Virus genome (UHGV): UHGV-0344337
Length of the DNA stretch: 25,896 nucleotides
Reading direction: 5' to 3' (one strand)
From: a virus
The notes beneath the pieces were generated by a model. That model searched no databases, was not told the DNA's origin, and saw nothing but the letters and a program-made list of their open reading frames with translations. Every line of letters starts with the position of its first letter. Position 1 is the first letter of the stretch. Positions 8,880-18,250 of the stretch are shown in pieces. Position numbers and translations under genes: made by a program.

Positions 8880-9058
8880 AAAAAGACTAGTTTTTGCATT
8901 TCCATGGCGGCGGCAGCATGTTTGGTAATTTATTGATAATTAAAAGTTATTTCTCTTTTCACCTGTACAATATTTTTTTCTCCCTGTCATTAGACCAGTT
9001 TGCAATTAATTGAAATATATAAATAAACCTGATTTTCACCTGCCAGATGGAGTTGCTT

Positions 9059-9586
9059 ATGTCAAATGTGAGCGGGATCGGTGATGCTTATTACTGGAGT
9101 GTTTTTAAAATCGCCGAGGCCTTTGGGCTTCACCGGGACACAGTAAAAAAACGGCTCCTCGCGGCCAACACTCCTGTGGCTGCGACTGTCAGGGGGAACC
9201 CCGTTTACGCCCTGCAGCATGTCGGGCCCGCCCTGTTTAGTGTGAAGCATGAGGCAGCAGACTCTGTTCATGATCCATCCCGTATGGAGCCGAAAGAGAG
9301 AAAGGACTGGTACCAGTCTGAAAATGAAAGGATCAAGCTGGAAAAGGAGCAGCGAAAACTCATCCCAGTTGATGAAGTAGTCATCGTCTATTCGTCCATG
9401 AGAAAGGCTGTCGTCCAGGTTCTGGAGACAATTCCGGATGTTCTTGAACGCGATTGCGCCCTGACTCCTCAGGCCGTCGGCGTTGTACAGCAGGCCATTG
9501 ATGACCTGCGATACACTCTTCAGGAAAAATCCTACGAGGCTTGTGCTGCTGAATTAATTCCTGATGAGGAAGGAGAGAGTCTCTAG
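9059..9586 (+). CDS. Nu1: Terminase small subunit (Nu1-like)
   Basis: About 175 aa with N-terminal HTH-like segment (YYWSVFKIAEAFGLHRDTVKKRL); GGAG 7 nt upstream of ATG 9059 (ORF opens at 9047); immediately upstream of the large terminase. Confidence 0.8.
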   Translation: MSNVSGIGDAYYWSVFKIAEAFGLHRDTVKKRLLAANTPVAATVRGNPVYALQHVGPALFSVKHEAADSVHDPSRMEPKERKDWYQSENERIKLEKEQRKLIPVDEVVIVYSSMRKAVVQVLETIPDVLERDCALTPQAVGVVQQAIDDLRYTLQEKSYEACAAELIPDEEGESL

Positions 9587-9594
9587 GAGGAATA

Positions 9595-11694
9595 ATGGGT
9601 TTTTCATCAGCCCGAAATTTGGGAAGGGACATATCGGCAGGATTTTCCCCACCACGTCGCATGCCGATTTCGGAGGCTGTTAAAAAATTCATGCGTGTTC
9701 CCAAGGGGGCTGGTAACTCGGTGCCATGGGATCCTGAACTGACACCCTACATCATTGAGCCCATGAACTGCCTGGCATCGCGTGAATACGATGCGGTGAT
9801 TTTTGTTGGTCCTGCGCGAACAGGGAAGACCATTGGTCTGATCGATGGATGGATTGTCTATACCATCGTTTGCGATCCTTCGGACATGCTCGTTGTGCAG
9901 ATGACCGAAGATAAGGCCCGCGAGCATTCTAAAAAGCGCCTCGACAGAACGTTCAGAAGCAGTGCGGCGGTAAAGAAAAGAATGAGTCCACGTCGTAACG
10001 ACAATAATGTCCATGATAAGACGTTCAGGGATGGCTCGTTCCTTAAAATTGGTTGGCCCTCGGTCAACATTATGTCGTCGTCGGATTACCGGTTTGTCGC
10101 CTTAACCGATTACGACCGTTTTCCGGAGAATATCGACAGCGAGGGTGATGGTTTCTCCCTGGCCTCAAAACGTACCACCACATTTATGTCCGCCGGGATG
10201 ACTCTGGTGGAGAGCTCGCCGGGACGTGACATCTGCGACAGCAAATGGCGACGTAAGTCGCCTCATGAAGCGCCACCGACGACTGGTATTCTTTCCCTTT
10301 ACAATCGTGGTGACCGCCGCCGCTGGTACTGGCCATGTCCGCACTGCGGTGAATATTTTCAGCCAGCTATGGATGCCATGACCGGCTACCGTAATGAACC
10401 GGATCCCTTTAAAGCCAGTGAGGCGGCGTATCTACTTTGCCCGCACTGCAGCGGCATTATCACTGCGGAGAAAAAGCGTGAGCTCAATAGTGCAGGAGTC
10501 TGGTTGCGTGAAGGTCAGGTCATTGATCGTAACGGCAACGTTTCCGGTGAACCGCGCCGCTCCCGTATCGCCAGTTTCTGGATGGAAGGGCCAGCTGCTG
10601 CGTATCAGACCTGGGCGCAACTGGTTTACAAATTACTGACTGCAGAACAGGAGTATGAAGCGACAGGAAGCGAAGAAACACTCAGGGCGGTTATCAACAC
10701 CGACTGGGGATTGCCTTATCTTCCTCGTGCCAGCATGGAGCAACGAAAAAGTGAACTGCTTGAGCAGCGGGCAGAGCCAGTTCCTTCCCGCAGTGTTCCG
10801 GATGGCGTTAATTTCCTTGTGGCGACAGTGGATGTGCAGGCGGGACGTCATCGCCGTTTTGTGGTTCAGGTAACGGGCTATGGCAGCCGTGGCGAACGCT
10901 GGATTATTGATCGTTACAACATCACGCAGTCATTGCGCAGTGACTGCGACGGGGAGAGCCAGCGAATTGATCCGGCCAGCTATCCGGAAGACTGGGATGT
11001 CCTGCTGACGGATGTTTTTCATAAAAGCTGGCCGCTGGCCTCCGATCCTTCTCAACAAATGCGACTGATGGCAATGGCGGTGGACTCCGGCGGTGAAGAC
11101 GGGGTCACTGATAATGCCTATAAATTCTGGCGTCGTTGCCGTCGTGATGGCCTTGGTAAACGTATTTACCTGTTTAAGGGCGACAGCATCCGGCGCGCAA
11201 AACTGATCAGCCGTACATTCCCTGATAACACCGGACGAACGGGCCGCCGGGCGCAGGCCGCAGGTGATGTGCCGCTCTGGCTTCTTCAGACGGATGCCCT
11301 GAAAGACCGGGTGAATAACGCGTTATGGCGTGACTCGCCAGGTCCAGGCTATGTGCATTTCCCTGACTGGCTGGGGAGCTGGTTTTACGACGAACTGACG
11401 TATGAAGAGCGGAGCAGTGACGGGAAATGGAGTAAGCCGGGTCGCGGTGCCAACGAAGCTTTTGACCTGATGGTGTATGCCGAGGCTCTGGTCATTCTGC
11501 ATGGATACGAAAAGATCCGCTGGCCGGATGCACCGGAGTGGGCGAGCCGGGAAACCTGGCTGGAGTGTGTCCCGGACAGTACCGAACCGTCACCCTCACC
11601 GGAACCGGTACCCACGCCTGTTAAAAAACAAAAACGGAAGAAAACAGTAACTGACGATGTTAACCCCTGGCTGACTTCCGGAGGATGGTTATGA
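9595..11694 (+). CDS. A: Terminase large subunit (lambda gpA family)
   Basis: 699 aa; Walker A-like VGPARTGKT; AGGAGG RBS at 9585-9590; size and position typical of gpA. Confidence 0.9.
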   Translation: MGFSSARNLGRDISAGFSPPRRMPISEAVKKFMRVPKGAGNSVPWDPELTPYIIEPMNCLASREYDAVIFVGPARTGKTIGLIDGWIVYTIVCDPSDMLVVQMTEDKAREHSKKRLDRTFRSSAAVKKRMSPRRNDNNVHDKTFRDGSFLKIGWPSVNIMSSSDYRFVALTDYDRFPENIDSEGDGFSLASKRTTTFMSAGMTLVESSPGRDICDSKWRRKSPHEAPPTTGILSLYNRGDRRRWYWPCPHCGEYFQPAMDAMTGYRNEPDPFKASEAAYLLCPHCSGIITAEKKRELNSAGVWLREGQVIDRNGNVSGEPRRSRIASFWMEGPAAAYQTWAQLVYKLLTAEQEYEATGSEETLRAVINTDWGLPYLPRASMEQRKSELLEQRAEPVPSRSVPDGVNFLVATVDVQAGRHRRFVVQVTGYGSRGERWIIDRYNITQSLRSDCDGESQRIDPASYPEDWDVLLTDVFHKSWPLASDPSQQMRLMAMAVDSGGEDGVTDNAYKFWRRCRRDGLGKRIYLFKGDSIRRAKLISRTFPDNTGRTGRRAQAAGDVPLWLLQTDALKDRVNNALWRDSPGPGYVHFPDWLGSWFYDELTYEERSSDGKWSKPGRGANEAFDLMVYAEALVILHGYEKIRWPDAPEWASRETWLECVPDSTEPSPSPEPVPTPVKKQKRKKTVTDDVNPWLTSGGWL

Positions 11695-11903
11695 ATCAGA
11701 ATGATATTGAAGCCATGATTCAGCGTTATACGGAAGCTGAAATGGCGGTGTTGGACGGAAAATCCGTCACTTTTAATGGTCAGCAGATGACCATGGAAAA
11801 CTTATCTGAGATCCGGCAGGGGCGGCAGGAGTGGGAGCGCCGCCTTGCGGCTCTGATTACACGACGACGGGGGCATCCCGGGTACCGGCTGGCGAGGTTC
11901 TGA
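11691..11903 (+). CDS. W: Head-tail joining protein gpW-like
   Basis: About 70 aa (MNQNDIEAMIQRYTEAEMAVLDGKSVTFNGQQ...); ATGA overlap with the terminase stop; GGAGG RBS. Confidence 0.8.
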   Translation: MNQNDIEAMIQRYTEAEMAVLDGKSVTFNGQQMTMENLSEIRQGRQEWERRLAALITRRRGHPGYRLARF

Positions 11904-13411
11904 TGGCAATTCTTGATGATGTGATTGGCGTTTTTTCACCAGGATGGAAAGCGGCAAGGCTGCGTTCCCGTGCGGTGATCCAGGCTTATGAGGCCGTAAA
12001 AACGACGCGGACACACAAAGCCCGACGGGAGAGCCGAACTGCCGACCAGTTAAGCCAGTACGGGGCCGTGTCGTTACGTGAGCAGGCCCGTTACCTTGAT
12101 AACAACCACGATCTGGTCATTGGTGTATTTGACAAGCTGGAAGAACGGGTGGTGGGGAAAAACGGGATTATTGTCGAGCCACATCCGGTATTACGCAATG
12201 GGGCCATTGCCCGTGATCTGGCAGCGGAGATACGTACCCGATGGAGTGAATGGTCTGTCAGTCCGGAGGTCACCGGGCAGTTTACCCGTCCGATGCTGGA
12301 ACGTCTGATGCTGCGTACCTGGCTGCGCGATGGTGAGGTGTTTGCCCAGATGGTTTCCGGGCGCATAAACAGCCTGACGCCTTCTGCCGGTGTTCATTTC
12401 TGGCTGGAGGCGCTCGAGCCGGACTTTATTCCCATGACCAGTGATGAGAGCAACAGGCTGAATCAGGGCGTGTTTGTTGATGACTGGGGGCGTCCCGAAA
12501 AATATCTGGTGTATAAAAGCCGTCCCGTATCCGGGCGGCAGATGGAAACCAAAGAAGTGGATGCAGAGCGAATGCTGCATCTTAAATTTGTTCGCCGTCT
12601 GCACCAGATGCGCGGGACGTCTTTGTTGTCCGGTGTGCTGATCCGCCTCAGTGCTCTGAAAGAGTATGAAGATTCTGAGCTGACTGCAGCAAGGATCGCC
12701 GCTGCTCTGGGGATGTACATCCGGAAAGGCGACGGACAGAGCTATGAAACGGATGGTAATGACAGCAAGGAGAATGAACGCGAGCTTACCATTCAGCCAG
12801 GCATTATTTACGACGATCTGAAACCCGGCGAAGAAATCGGAATGGTGAAGTCGGATCGCCCCAATCCTAACCTTGAAACTTTTCGTAATGGTCAGTTGCG
12901 TGCCGTGGCTGCGGGCAGTCGTCTGAGTTTTTCCAGTACAGCGCGCAACTATAACGGCACTTACAGCGCCCAGCGTCAGGAGCTGGTTGAATCTACTGAT
13001 GGCTACCTGATCCTGCAGGACTGGTTTATTGGTGCCGTCACCCGCCCGATGTACCGTGCCTGGCTGAAACAGGCTGTGGCATCCGGTGTTATCAGGCTAC
13101 CCCGCGATCTGGACCGATCTTCACTGTATACCGCGGTGTATTCCGGACCGGTGATGCCGTGGATTGACCCTGTTAAGGAGGCTGAGGCCTGGAAAATTCA
13201 GATTCGTGGTGGAGCGGCGACAGAATCAGACTGGGTACGTGCAGGTGGTCGTAATCCAGATGATGTCAAACGTCGGCGCAAGGCCGAAATTGATGAAAAC
13301 CGCAAGCTGGATCTGGTATTTGATACCGATCCGGCCAGTGATAAAGGAGGCAGCAGTGCCGCAACGAAACGACAGGAGCCGCAGCACACCGACGACCAGT
13401 CCGAAGAATAA
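11903..13411 (+). CDS. B: Portal protein (lambda gpB family)
   Basis: 502 aa from ATG 11903 (TGATG overlap with W), starting MAILDDVIGVFSPGWKAARLR; size and position typical of a lambda-family portal. Confidence 0.9.
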   Translation: MAILDDVIGVFSPGWKAARLRSRAVIQAYEAVKTTRTHKARRESRTADQLSQYGAVSLREQARYLDNNHDLVIGVFDKLEERVVGKNGIIVEPHPVLRNGAIARDLAAEIRTRWSEWSVSPEVTGQFTRPMLERLMLRTWLRDGEVFAQMVSGRINSLTPSAGVHFWLEALEPDFIPMTSDESNRLNQGVFVDDWGRPEKYLVYKSRPVSGRQMETKEVDAERMLHLKFVRRLHQMRGTSLLSGVLIRLSALKEYEDSELTAARIAAALGMYIRKGDGQSYETDGNDSKENERELTIQPGIIYDDLKPGEEIGMVKSDRPNPNLETFRNGQLRAVAAGSRLSFSSTARNYNGTYSAQRQELVESTDGYLILQDWFIGAVTRPMYRAWLKQAVASGVIRLPRDLDRSSLYTAVYSGPVMPWIDPVKEAEAWKIQIRGGAATESDWVRAGGRNPDDVKRRRKAEIDENRKLDLVFDTDPASDKGGSSAATKRQEPQHTDDQSEE

Positions 13412-13424
13412 TTCCTGGTTCAGG

Positions 13425-15383
13425 ATGCAGGCAGGTCACCAGAGTGACGCGGATATTTATATTTATGACGAGATTGGTTTCTGGGGTGTTACGGCGAAGC
13501 AGTTTATCAGTGATCTGAATGCACTGGGCGATATCACCCACATTAATCTCCATATTAATTCACCGGGTGGCGATGTCTTTGAAGGCATCGCCATTTTTAA
13601 TGCACTGAAAACACATGGTGCGTCCATTACCGTTTATGTCGACGGTGTGGCGGCGTCAATGGCGTCGGTCATTGCGATGGTGGGAAACCCGGTCATTATG
13701 CCGGAAAACTCCTTCATGATGATTCATAAACCATTTGGCTTTACGGGCGGTGATGCGGAGGACATGCGCACCTATGCCGACCTGCTCGATAAAGTTGAGG
13801 CGGTTCTGTTACCCGCTTATGCACAGAAAACCGGGAAAACCACCGATGAAATTGCTGCCATGCTGGCGGATGAGACCTGGATGTCCGGTGCCGAATGTCT
13901 GGCACAGGGATTTGCTGATCAGGTGACACCAGCCGTTAAGGCAATGGCATGTATTCAGTCAAAACGTACAGAGGAATTTAAAAAGATGCCGGAATCCATT
14001 CGAAATATGATTACTCCGCCACGCAACAGTGCTCCACGCGTACAGGATGATGGACCTGCAGCCTCCCGGACGCCAGTGCAGGCAGCAGCACCCGTGGTGG
14101 ATGAAAACAGCATCCGTGCGCAGGTCCTGGCAGAGCAAAAAGCGCGTGTAAACGGTATTAATGATCTGTTTGCCATGTTTGGCGGGCGTTATCAGTCGTT
14201 GCAGGCTCAGTGTCTTGCCGATCCTGAATGTTCGCTGGAGCAGGCCCGCGAAAAGCTGTTGAACGAGATGGGGCGCGAGTCCACGCCATCCAATAAAAAT
14301 ACCCCGGCTCATATTTATGCCGGTAACGGTAATTTTGTGGGGGACGGGATCCGCCAGGCGCTGATGGCGCGCGCCGGGTTTGAAAAAACTGAACGTGATA
14401 ATGTCTACAACGGGATGACCCTGCGTGAATATGCCCGTATGTCACTGACTGAACGTGGTATTGGTGTTTCCAGTTATAACCCGATGCAGATGGTCGGTGC
14501 GGCGTTCACACACAGTACGTCTGACTTCGGTAATATTCTGCTGGATGTTGCGAACAAAGCCATTCTGCAGGGCTGGGAAGATGCCCCTGAAACCTATGAA
14601 CAGTGGACGCGGAAAGGTCAGTTGTCTGATTTTAAAATTGCCCATCGTGTGGGTATGGGGGGCTTCAGTGCTCTGCGTCAGGTGCGTGAAGGGGCAGAAT
14701 ATAAATACGTCACCACCGGAGATAAACAGGCCACTATTGCACTGGCGACCTATGGCGAGCTGTTCAGTATCACCCGTCAGGCCATTATCAATGATGATCT
14801 GAATATGCTGACCGATGTCCCGATGAAGCTGGGCCGTGCGGCGAAATCCACTATTGCCGATCTGGTTTATGCCATTCTGACGTCTAACCCGAAAATCTCC
14901 ACAGATAATGTAAGTCTGTTCGATAAAGCGAAACATGCAAACGTACTGGAGAGCGCGGCAATGGACGTGGCATCGCTGGATAAAGCCCGCCAGTTGATGC
15001 GCGTTCAGAAAGAGGGTGAGCGTCATCTGAATATTCGTCCTGCGTTCGTACTGGTACCGACGGCGATGGAGTCTGTTGCTAACCAGGTCATTCGCTCCTC
15101 AAGTGTCAAGGGGGCTGACATTAACGCCGGTATTATTAACCCGGTGAAAGATTTTGCGACCGTTATTGCAGAGCCTCGTCTTGATGATAACAGCCAGACC
15201 ACCTTCTACCTGGCTGCGTCCAAAGGCTCCGATACGATTGAAGTGGCTTATCTCAACGGTGTGGATACGCCATATATTGATCAGATGGAGGGCTTCAGTG
15301 TGGATGGCGTGACAACGAAAGTGCGTATTGACGCTGGTGTTGCGCCAGTTGATCACCGCGGCCTGGTGAAATGTACGGCGTAA
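13425..15383 (+). CDS. Prohead protease (ClpP/S14-like) fused to scaffold/major capsid domain
   Basis: 652 aa from ATG 13425 (frame is open from 13164). N-terminal ClpP-like motifs (GVAASMASVIA with candidate Ser, MIHKPFG with candidate His); long C-terminal region in the major-capsid position. Resembles the protease-scaffold-capsid fusion I recall for Gifsy-2-type heads. Confidence 0.75.
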   Translation: MQAGHQSDADIYIYDEIGFWGVTAKQFISDLNALGDITHINLHINSPGGDVFEGIAIFNALKTHGASITVYVDGVAASMASVIAMVGNPVIMPENSFMMIHKPFGFTGGDAEDMRTYADLLDKVEAVLLPAYAQKTGKTTDEIAAMLADETWMSGAECLAQGFADQVTPAVKAMACIQSKRTEEFKKMPESIRNMITPPRNSAPRVQDDGPAASRTPVQAAAPVVDENSIRAQVLAEQKARVNGINDLFAMFGGRYQSLQAQCLADPECSLEQAREKLLNEMGRESTPSNKNTPAHIYAGNGNFVGDGIRQALMARAGFEKTERDNVYNGMTLREYARMSLTERGIGVSSYNPMQMVGAAFTHSTSDFGNILLDVANKAILQGWEDAPETYEQWTRKGQLSDFKIAHRVGMGGFSALRQVREGAEYKYVTTGDKQATIALATYGELFSITRQAIINDDLNMLTDVPMKLGRAAKSTIADLVYAILTSNPKISTDNVSLFDKAKHANVLESAAMDVASLDKARQLMRVQKEGERHLNIRPAFVLVPTAMESVANQVIRSSSVKGADINAGIINPVKDFATVIAEPRLDDNSQTTFYLAASKGSDTIEVAYLNGVDTPYIDQMEGFSVDGVTTKVRIDAGVAPVDHRGLVKCTA

Positions 15384-15406
15384 ACGTCGCAGACAACAAC
15401 TCTGAT

Positions 15407-15427
15407 GGCCCGTAAGGGCTTTTTTTG
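15407..15427 (+). terminator. Weak rho-independent terminator/attenuator after the capsid gene
   Basis: GGCCC-gtaa-GGGC hairpin followed by TTTTTTT, 24 nt after the capsid stop. Confidence 0.4.
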
Positions 15428-15469
15428 TACCTGAAATCAGCCCCTGAACGGGGCTGTGCGGAGACAGTT

Positions 15470-15793
15470 ATGGCAAAGAATTTTGTAGAAGAAGGAAAAA
15501 CGGTGGCGATTGTTGCCAGTGCAGCCATCAGCAGCGGAGATCTGGTGCAGGTGGGGGATGTTTTTGCGGTGGCGCTGACCGATATTCCACAGGGAGAAAC
15601 AGGCGACGGCATAACCGAAGGTGTGTTTATGCTGCCTAAGCTGAAAACGGATGACATGAAAACGGGTAAGAAGGTTTATCTGAAGTCAGGAAAAGTTCAG
15701 CTGACTAACAGCGGCTCTGAGCCGCTGGTCGGGGTTGTCTGGGCAGATGCCGGAACCAGTGCAGAAGAAGTGCCGGTAAAACTCAATGTCTGA
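15470..15793 (+). CDS. Putative head decoration / capsid accessory protein
   Basis: 107 aa from ATG 15470 (MAKNFVEEGKTVAIV...); Gly/Val-rich, beta-rich composition; assigned by position only. Confidence 0.45.
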   Translation: MAKNFVEEGKTVAIVASAAISSGDLVQVGDVFAVALTDIPQGETGDGITEGVFMLPKLKTDDMKTGKKVYLKSGKVQLTNSGSEPLVGVVWADAGTSAEEVPVKLNV

Positions 15794-16061
15794 TCCCTTT
15801 TCCCGGCTGGCAGCGCGTATGGATGCGATCACGGTCAGAAAGATGGGAAAGACAGCCTCGATTAATGATGTCGATATGACTGTGATCCCGGGAGAAACAC
15901 TGGCAGAGCTGAATGCTCTGTCCGGACCTGCGGTCTCTCTGGTGGTGTTTTCTTCGGGATACCGCCCACGGCGCGGGGATCGCGTTGTTTATGACGGACA
16001 ACAATGGACGGTCACACGGCATGAACGTTTTAACGGTAAGCCAATGATCTTTATTGAGTAA
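15786..16061 (+). CDS. Putative head completion / head-tail connector protein
   Basis: 91 aa; start overlaps the preceding stop (ATGTCTGA); sits between the head genes and gpZ; assigned by position only. Confidence 0.45.
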   Translation: MSDPFSRLAARMDAITVRKMGKTASINDVDMTVIPGETLAELNALSGPAVSLVVFSSGYRPRRGDRVVYDGQQWTVTRHERFNGKPMIFIE

Positions 16062-16072
16062 AGAGGTGTGGG

Positions 16073-16651
16073 ATGAAGGGGCTTGAGAATGCCATCCGCA
16101 ATCTGAACAGCCTTGATACCCGTATGGTGCCACAGGCCAGCGCATGGGCGATAAACCGTGTGGCACAGAAAGCGGTCTCGGTTGCCACCCGGCAGGTTGC
16201 CGGGAATACCGTTGCGGGAGATAACCAGGTGAAAGGGATCCCCCTGAAACTGGTACGTCAGCGTGTCCGGGTGTTTAAAGCCAGTCCGTCAGGAAAAATG
16301 ACGGTCAGGATCCGCGTTAACCGGGGCAATCTGCCCGCCATTAAGCTGGGGACAGCCCGGGTCAGACTGGCCCGGCGTGGTGGAAAACTGCAGTACCGTG
16401 GCAGTGTGCTGAAGGTGGGTAAATATCTTTTCCGGGATGCGTTTATTCAGCAACTGGCGAATGGTCGCTGGCATGTGATGCGACGTATTGATGGCAAAAA
16501 TCGTTACCCCATTGATGTGGTGAAAATCCCGCTGTCCGGACCGCTGACACAGGCATTTGAAGATGCCCGCGACCACATCATTGCTGCGGAAATGCCGAAA
16601 CAGCTGGGGTATGCACTAAAACAACAACTGAGGTTATGGCTGACCCGATGA
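16073..16651 (+). CDS. Z: Minor tail protein gpZ-like
   Basis: 192 aa with AAGAGGTG RBS; recalled similarity to lambda gpZ (INRVAQKA..., GRWHVMRRIDGKNRYPIDVVKIPLSGPLT). Confidence 0.9.
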   Translation: MKGLENAIRNLNSLDTRMVPQASAWAINRVAQKAVSVATRQVAGNTVAGDNQVKGIPLKLVRQRVRVFKASPSGKMTVRIRVNRGNLPAIKLGTARVRLARRGGKLQYRGSVLKVGKYLFRDAFIQQLANGRWHVMRRIDGKNRYPIDVVKIPLSGPLTQAFEDARDHIIAAEMPKQLGYALKQQLRLWLTR

Positions 16652-17049
16652 ACCGACATACACAAATCCGCCAGGCCGTACTGGCACGCCTTCGGGAACA
16701 GTGTGGAGACAGCGCCACGTTTTTTGACGGGCTTCCGGCATTTATTGATGCGCAGGAACTGCCTGCCGTGGCGGTGTGGCTGAGTGATGCTCAGTACACC
16801 GGAAAAATGACGGATGAAGATGACTGGCAGGCTGTTCTGCATATTGCCGTCTTCATCCGGGCACAGGCACCGGATTCAGAGCTGGATATGTGGATGGAGA
16901 GCACCATTTTCCCTGCCCTGAATGATATACCGGCACTTTCCGGACTCATCGACACCCTGATCCCACTCGGTTTTAACTATCAACGTGATAATGAGATGGC
17001 CACCTGGGCGATGGCGGAAATCACGTACCAGATCACGTACACGAATTAA
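16648..17049 (+). CDS. U: Tail terminator protein gpU-like
   Basis: ATGA overlap with the Z stop (alternative ATG at 16636); ATFFDGLPAFIDAQELPAVAVWL and DIPALSGLI motifs as in lambda gpU. Confidence 0.9.
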   Translation: MNRHTQIRQAVLARLREQCGDSATFFDGLPAFIDAQELPAVAVWLSDAQYTGKMTDEDDWQAVLHIAVFIRAQAPDSELDMWMESTIFPALNDIPALSGLIDTLIPLGFNYQRDNEMATWAMAEITYQITYTN

Positions 17050-17059
17050 GGAGGTGGTA

Positions 17060-17803
17060 ATGACCACACCAAATCCACTGGCAAAGACGAAAGGTGCGGG
17101 GACGACGTTCTGGATGTATACCGGCAACGGCGATGCGTTTGCGAACCCTTTGTCGGACACTGACTGGCTGCGTCTTGCGATGGTGAAGGATCTGCAACCT
17201 GGCGAAATGACCGCTGATGCAGAAGATGACACTTATCTCGATGATGAAGATGCAGACTGGAAAACGACAACCCAGGGGCAGAAATCCGTTGGTGATACTT
17301 CGGCGACGCTGGCCTGGCGTCCGGGTGACAGCGGGCAGAAAAAACTGGTTCAGTTGTTCGACTCCGGTGAAGTCTGCGCGTTTCGTATCAAATATCCCAA
17401 CGGCACTGTTGATGTTTTCCGTGGCTGGCTGAGCTCACTGGGTAAAACCATTGCCTCAAAAGACGTGATGACCCGCACTGTGAAAATCAGCGGTGTGGGG
17501 CGTCCGTATCTGGCAGAGGAAGGCACTGAAACCGTGAGCGTTACCGGGCTGACAGTATCACCGGCGTCTGCCAGTGTAAAAGTGGGAGCAACCACCACGC
17601 TGACCTTTACAGTAAAACCTGACGGAGCCAGTGACAAAGCGATCAGTGTGCATTCGTCAGATCCACAGACTGCCACGGTTACCCTGAACGGACTTGTGGC
17701 CACGGTAAAAGGCGTGAAGCAGGGCAGTGTCAGCATTGTGGGCATGACCGCTGACGGGAATTTTGTGGCTGTGACTGCGGTGACTGTCAGCGCAGCAGGT
17801 TAA
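17060..17803 (+). CDS. V: Major tail protein gpV-like with C-terminal Ig-like domain
   Basis: AAGGAGG RBS at 17047-17053; MTTPNPLAKTKGAGTTFWMYTG...; C-terminal 80 aa are Thr/Val/Ser-rich like a Big_2 domain. Confidence 0.9.
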   Translation: MTTPNPLAKTKGAGTTFWMYTGNGDAFANPLSDTDWLRLAMVKDLQPGEMTADAEDDTYLDDEDADWKTTTQGQKSVGDTSATLAWRPGDSGQKKLVQLFDSGEVCAFRIKYPNGTVDVFRGWLSSLGKTIASKDVMTRTVKISGVGRPYLAEEGTETVSVTGLTVSPASASVKVGATTTLTFTVKPDGASDKAISVHSSDPQTATVTLNGLVATVKGVKQGSVSIVGMTADGNFVAVTAVTVSAAG

Positions 17804-17823
17804 CAGGACGATACTCATCATTT

Positions 17824-17847
17824 GCCCCGGTTATCCGGGGCTTTTTT
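17824..17847 (+). terminator. Rho-independent terminator/attenuator after the major tail gene
   Basis: GCCCCGG-ttat-CCGGGGC (7-bp GC stem) followed by TTTTTT. Confidence 0.6.
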
Positions 17848-17860
17848 GCAGGTGGAGAAC

Positions 17861-18250
17861 ATGATGTTTCTGAAACAGGACACGTTTAATTATGAAAAAC
17901 AGTCCGTGGTGCTCAGTGAGCTGTCCGGGCTGCAGAGAATTGAATATCTGACGTTTGTTCAGCAGCGAACGGCAAAGTTTGATGCCGGGGAGGGAGAACT
18001 GCCGGAGGCTGAACGACAGATTGCTTTTCTGCGGATGGGGATGGATATCAATGCCTGGCTGGTTTCCCGCTCACTGTGGAATGCGGATCAGTCTAAGGAT
18101 GTAGAGACGCTTTGCGCATCCGTTATTACAACATGGTCGTATGATGCCCTGGGTGCGGGGGCGGAGATGGTTCTGTCGCTGAGCGGTATGGGGGCCATTG
18201 ATAATGCCGTGGATGATGAGCATGAGGCGCTGACGCCGGAAAAGTCCTGA
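17861..18250 (+). CDS. G: Tail assembly chaperone gpG-like
   Basis: ATG 17861 (MMFLKQDTFNYEKQSVVLSELSGLQRIEYL) with GGTGGAG RBS; acidic C-terminus. Confidence 0.9.
   Translation: MMFLKQDTFNYEKQSVVLSELSGLQRIEYLTFVQQRTAKFDAGEGELPEAERQIAFLRMGMDINAWLVSRSLWNADQSKDVETLCASVITTWSYDALGAGAEMVLSLSGMGAIDNAVDDEHEALTPEKS

Noticed and set aside
9607-10070. 135-aa and 70-aa minus-strand ORFs
   Set aside because: Antisense to the large terminase gene.
11831-11902. Upstream extension of the portal ORF
   Set aside because: Overlaps gpW; ATG 11903 forms a TGATG stop/start overlap and gives a lambda-like portal N-terminus.
13164-13424. Upstream extension of the protease/capsid ORF to 739 aa
   Set aside because: The extension overlaps the portal gene 3' end in another frame; the ATG at 13425 just after the portal stop is the more plausible start.
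14442-15026. 194-aa minus-strand ORF, plus 13959-14445 minus ORFs
   Set aside because: Antisense to the protease/capsid fusion gene; Cys/His/Arg-rich antisense composition.
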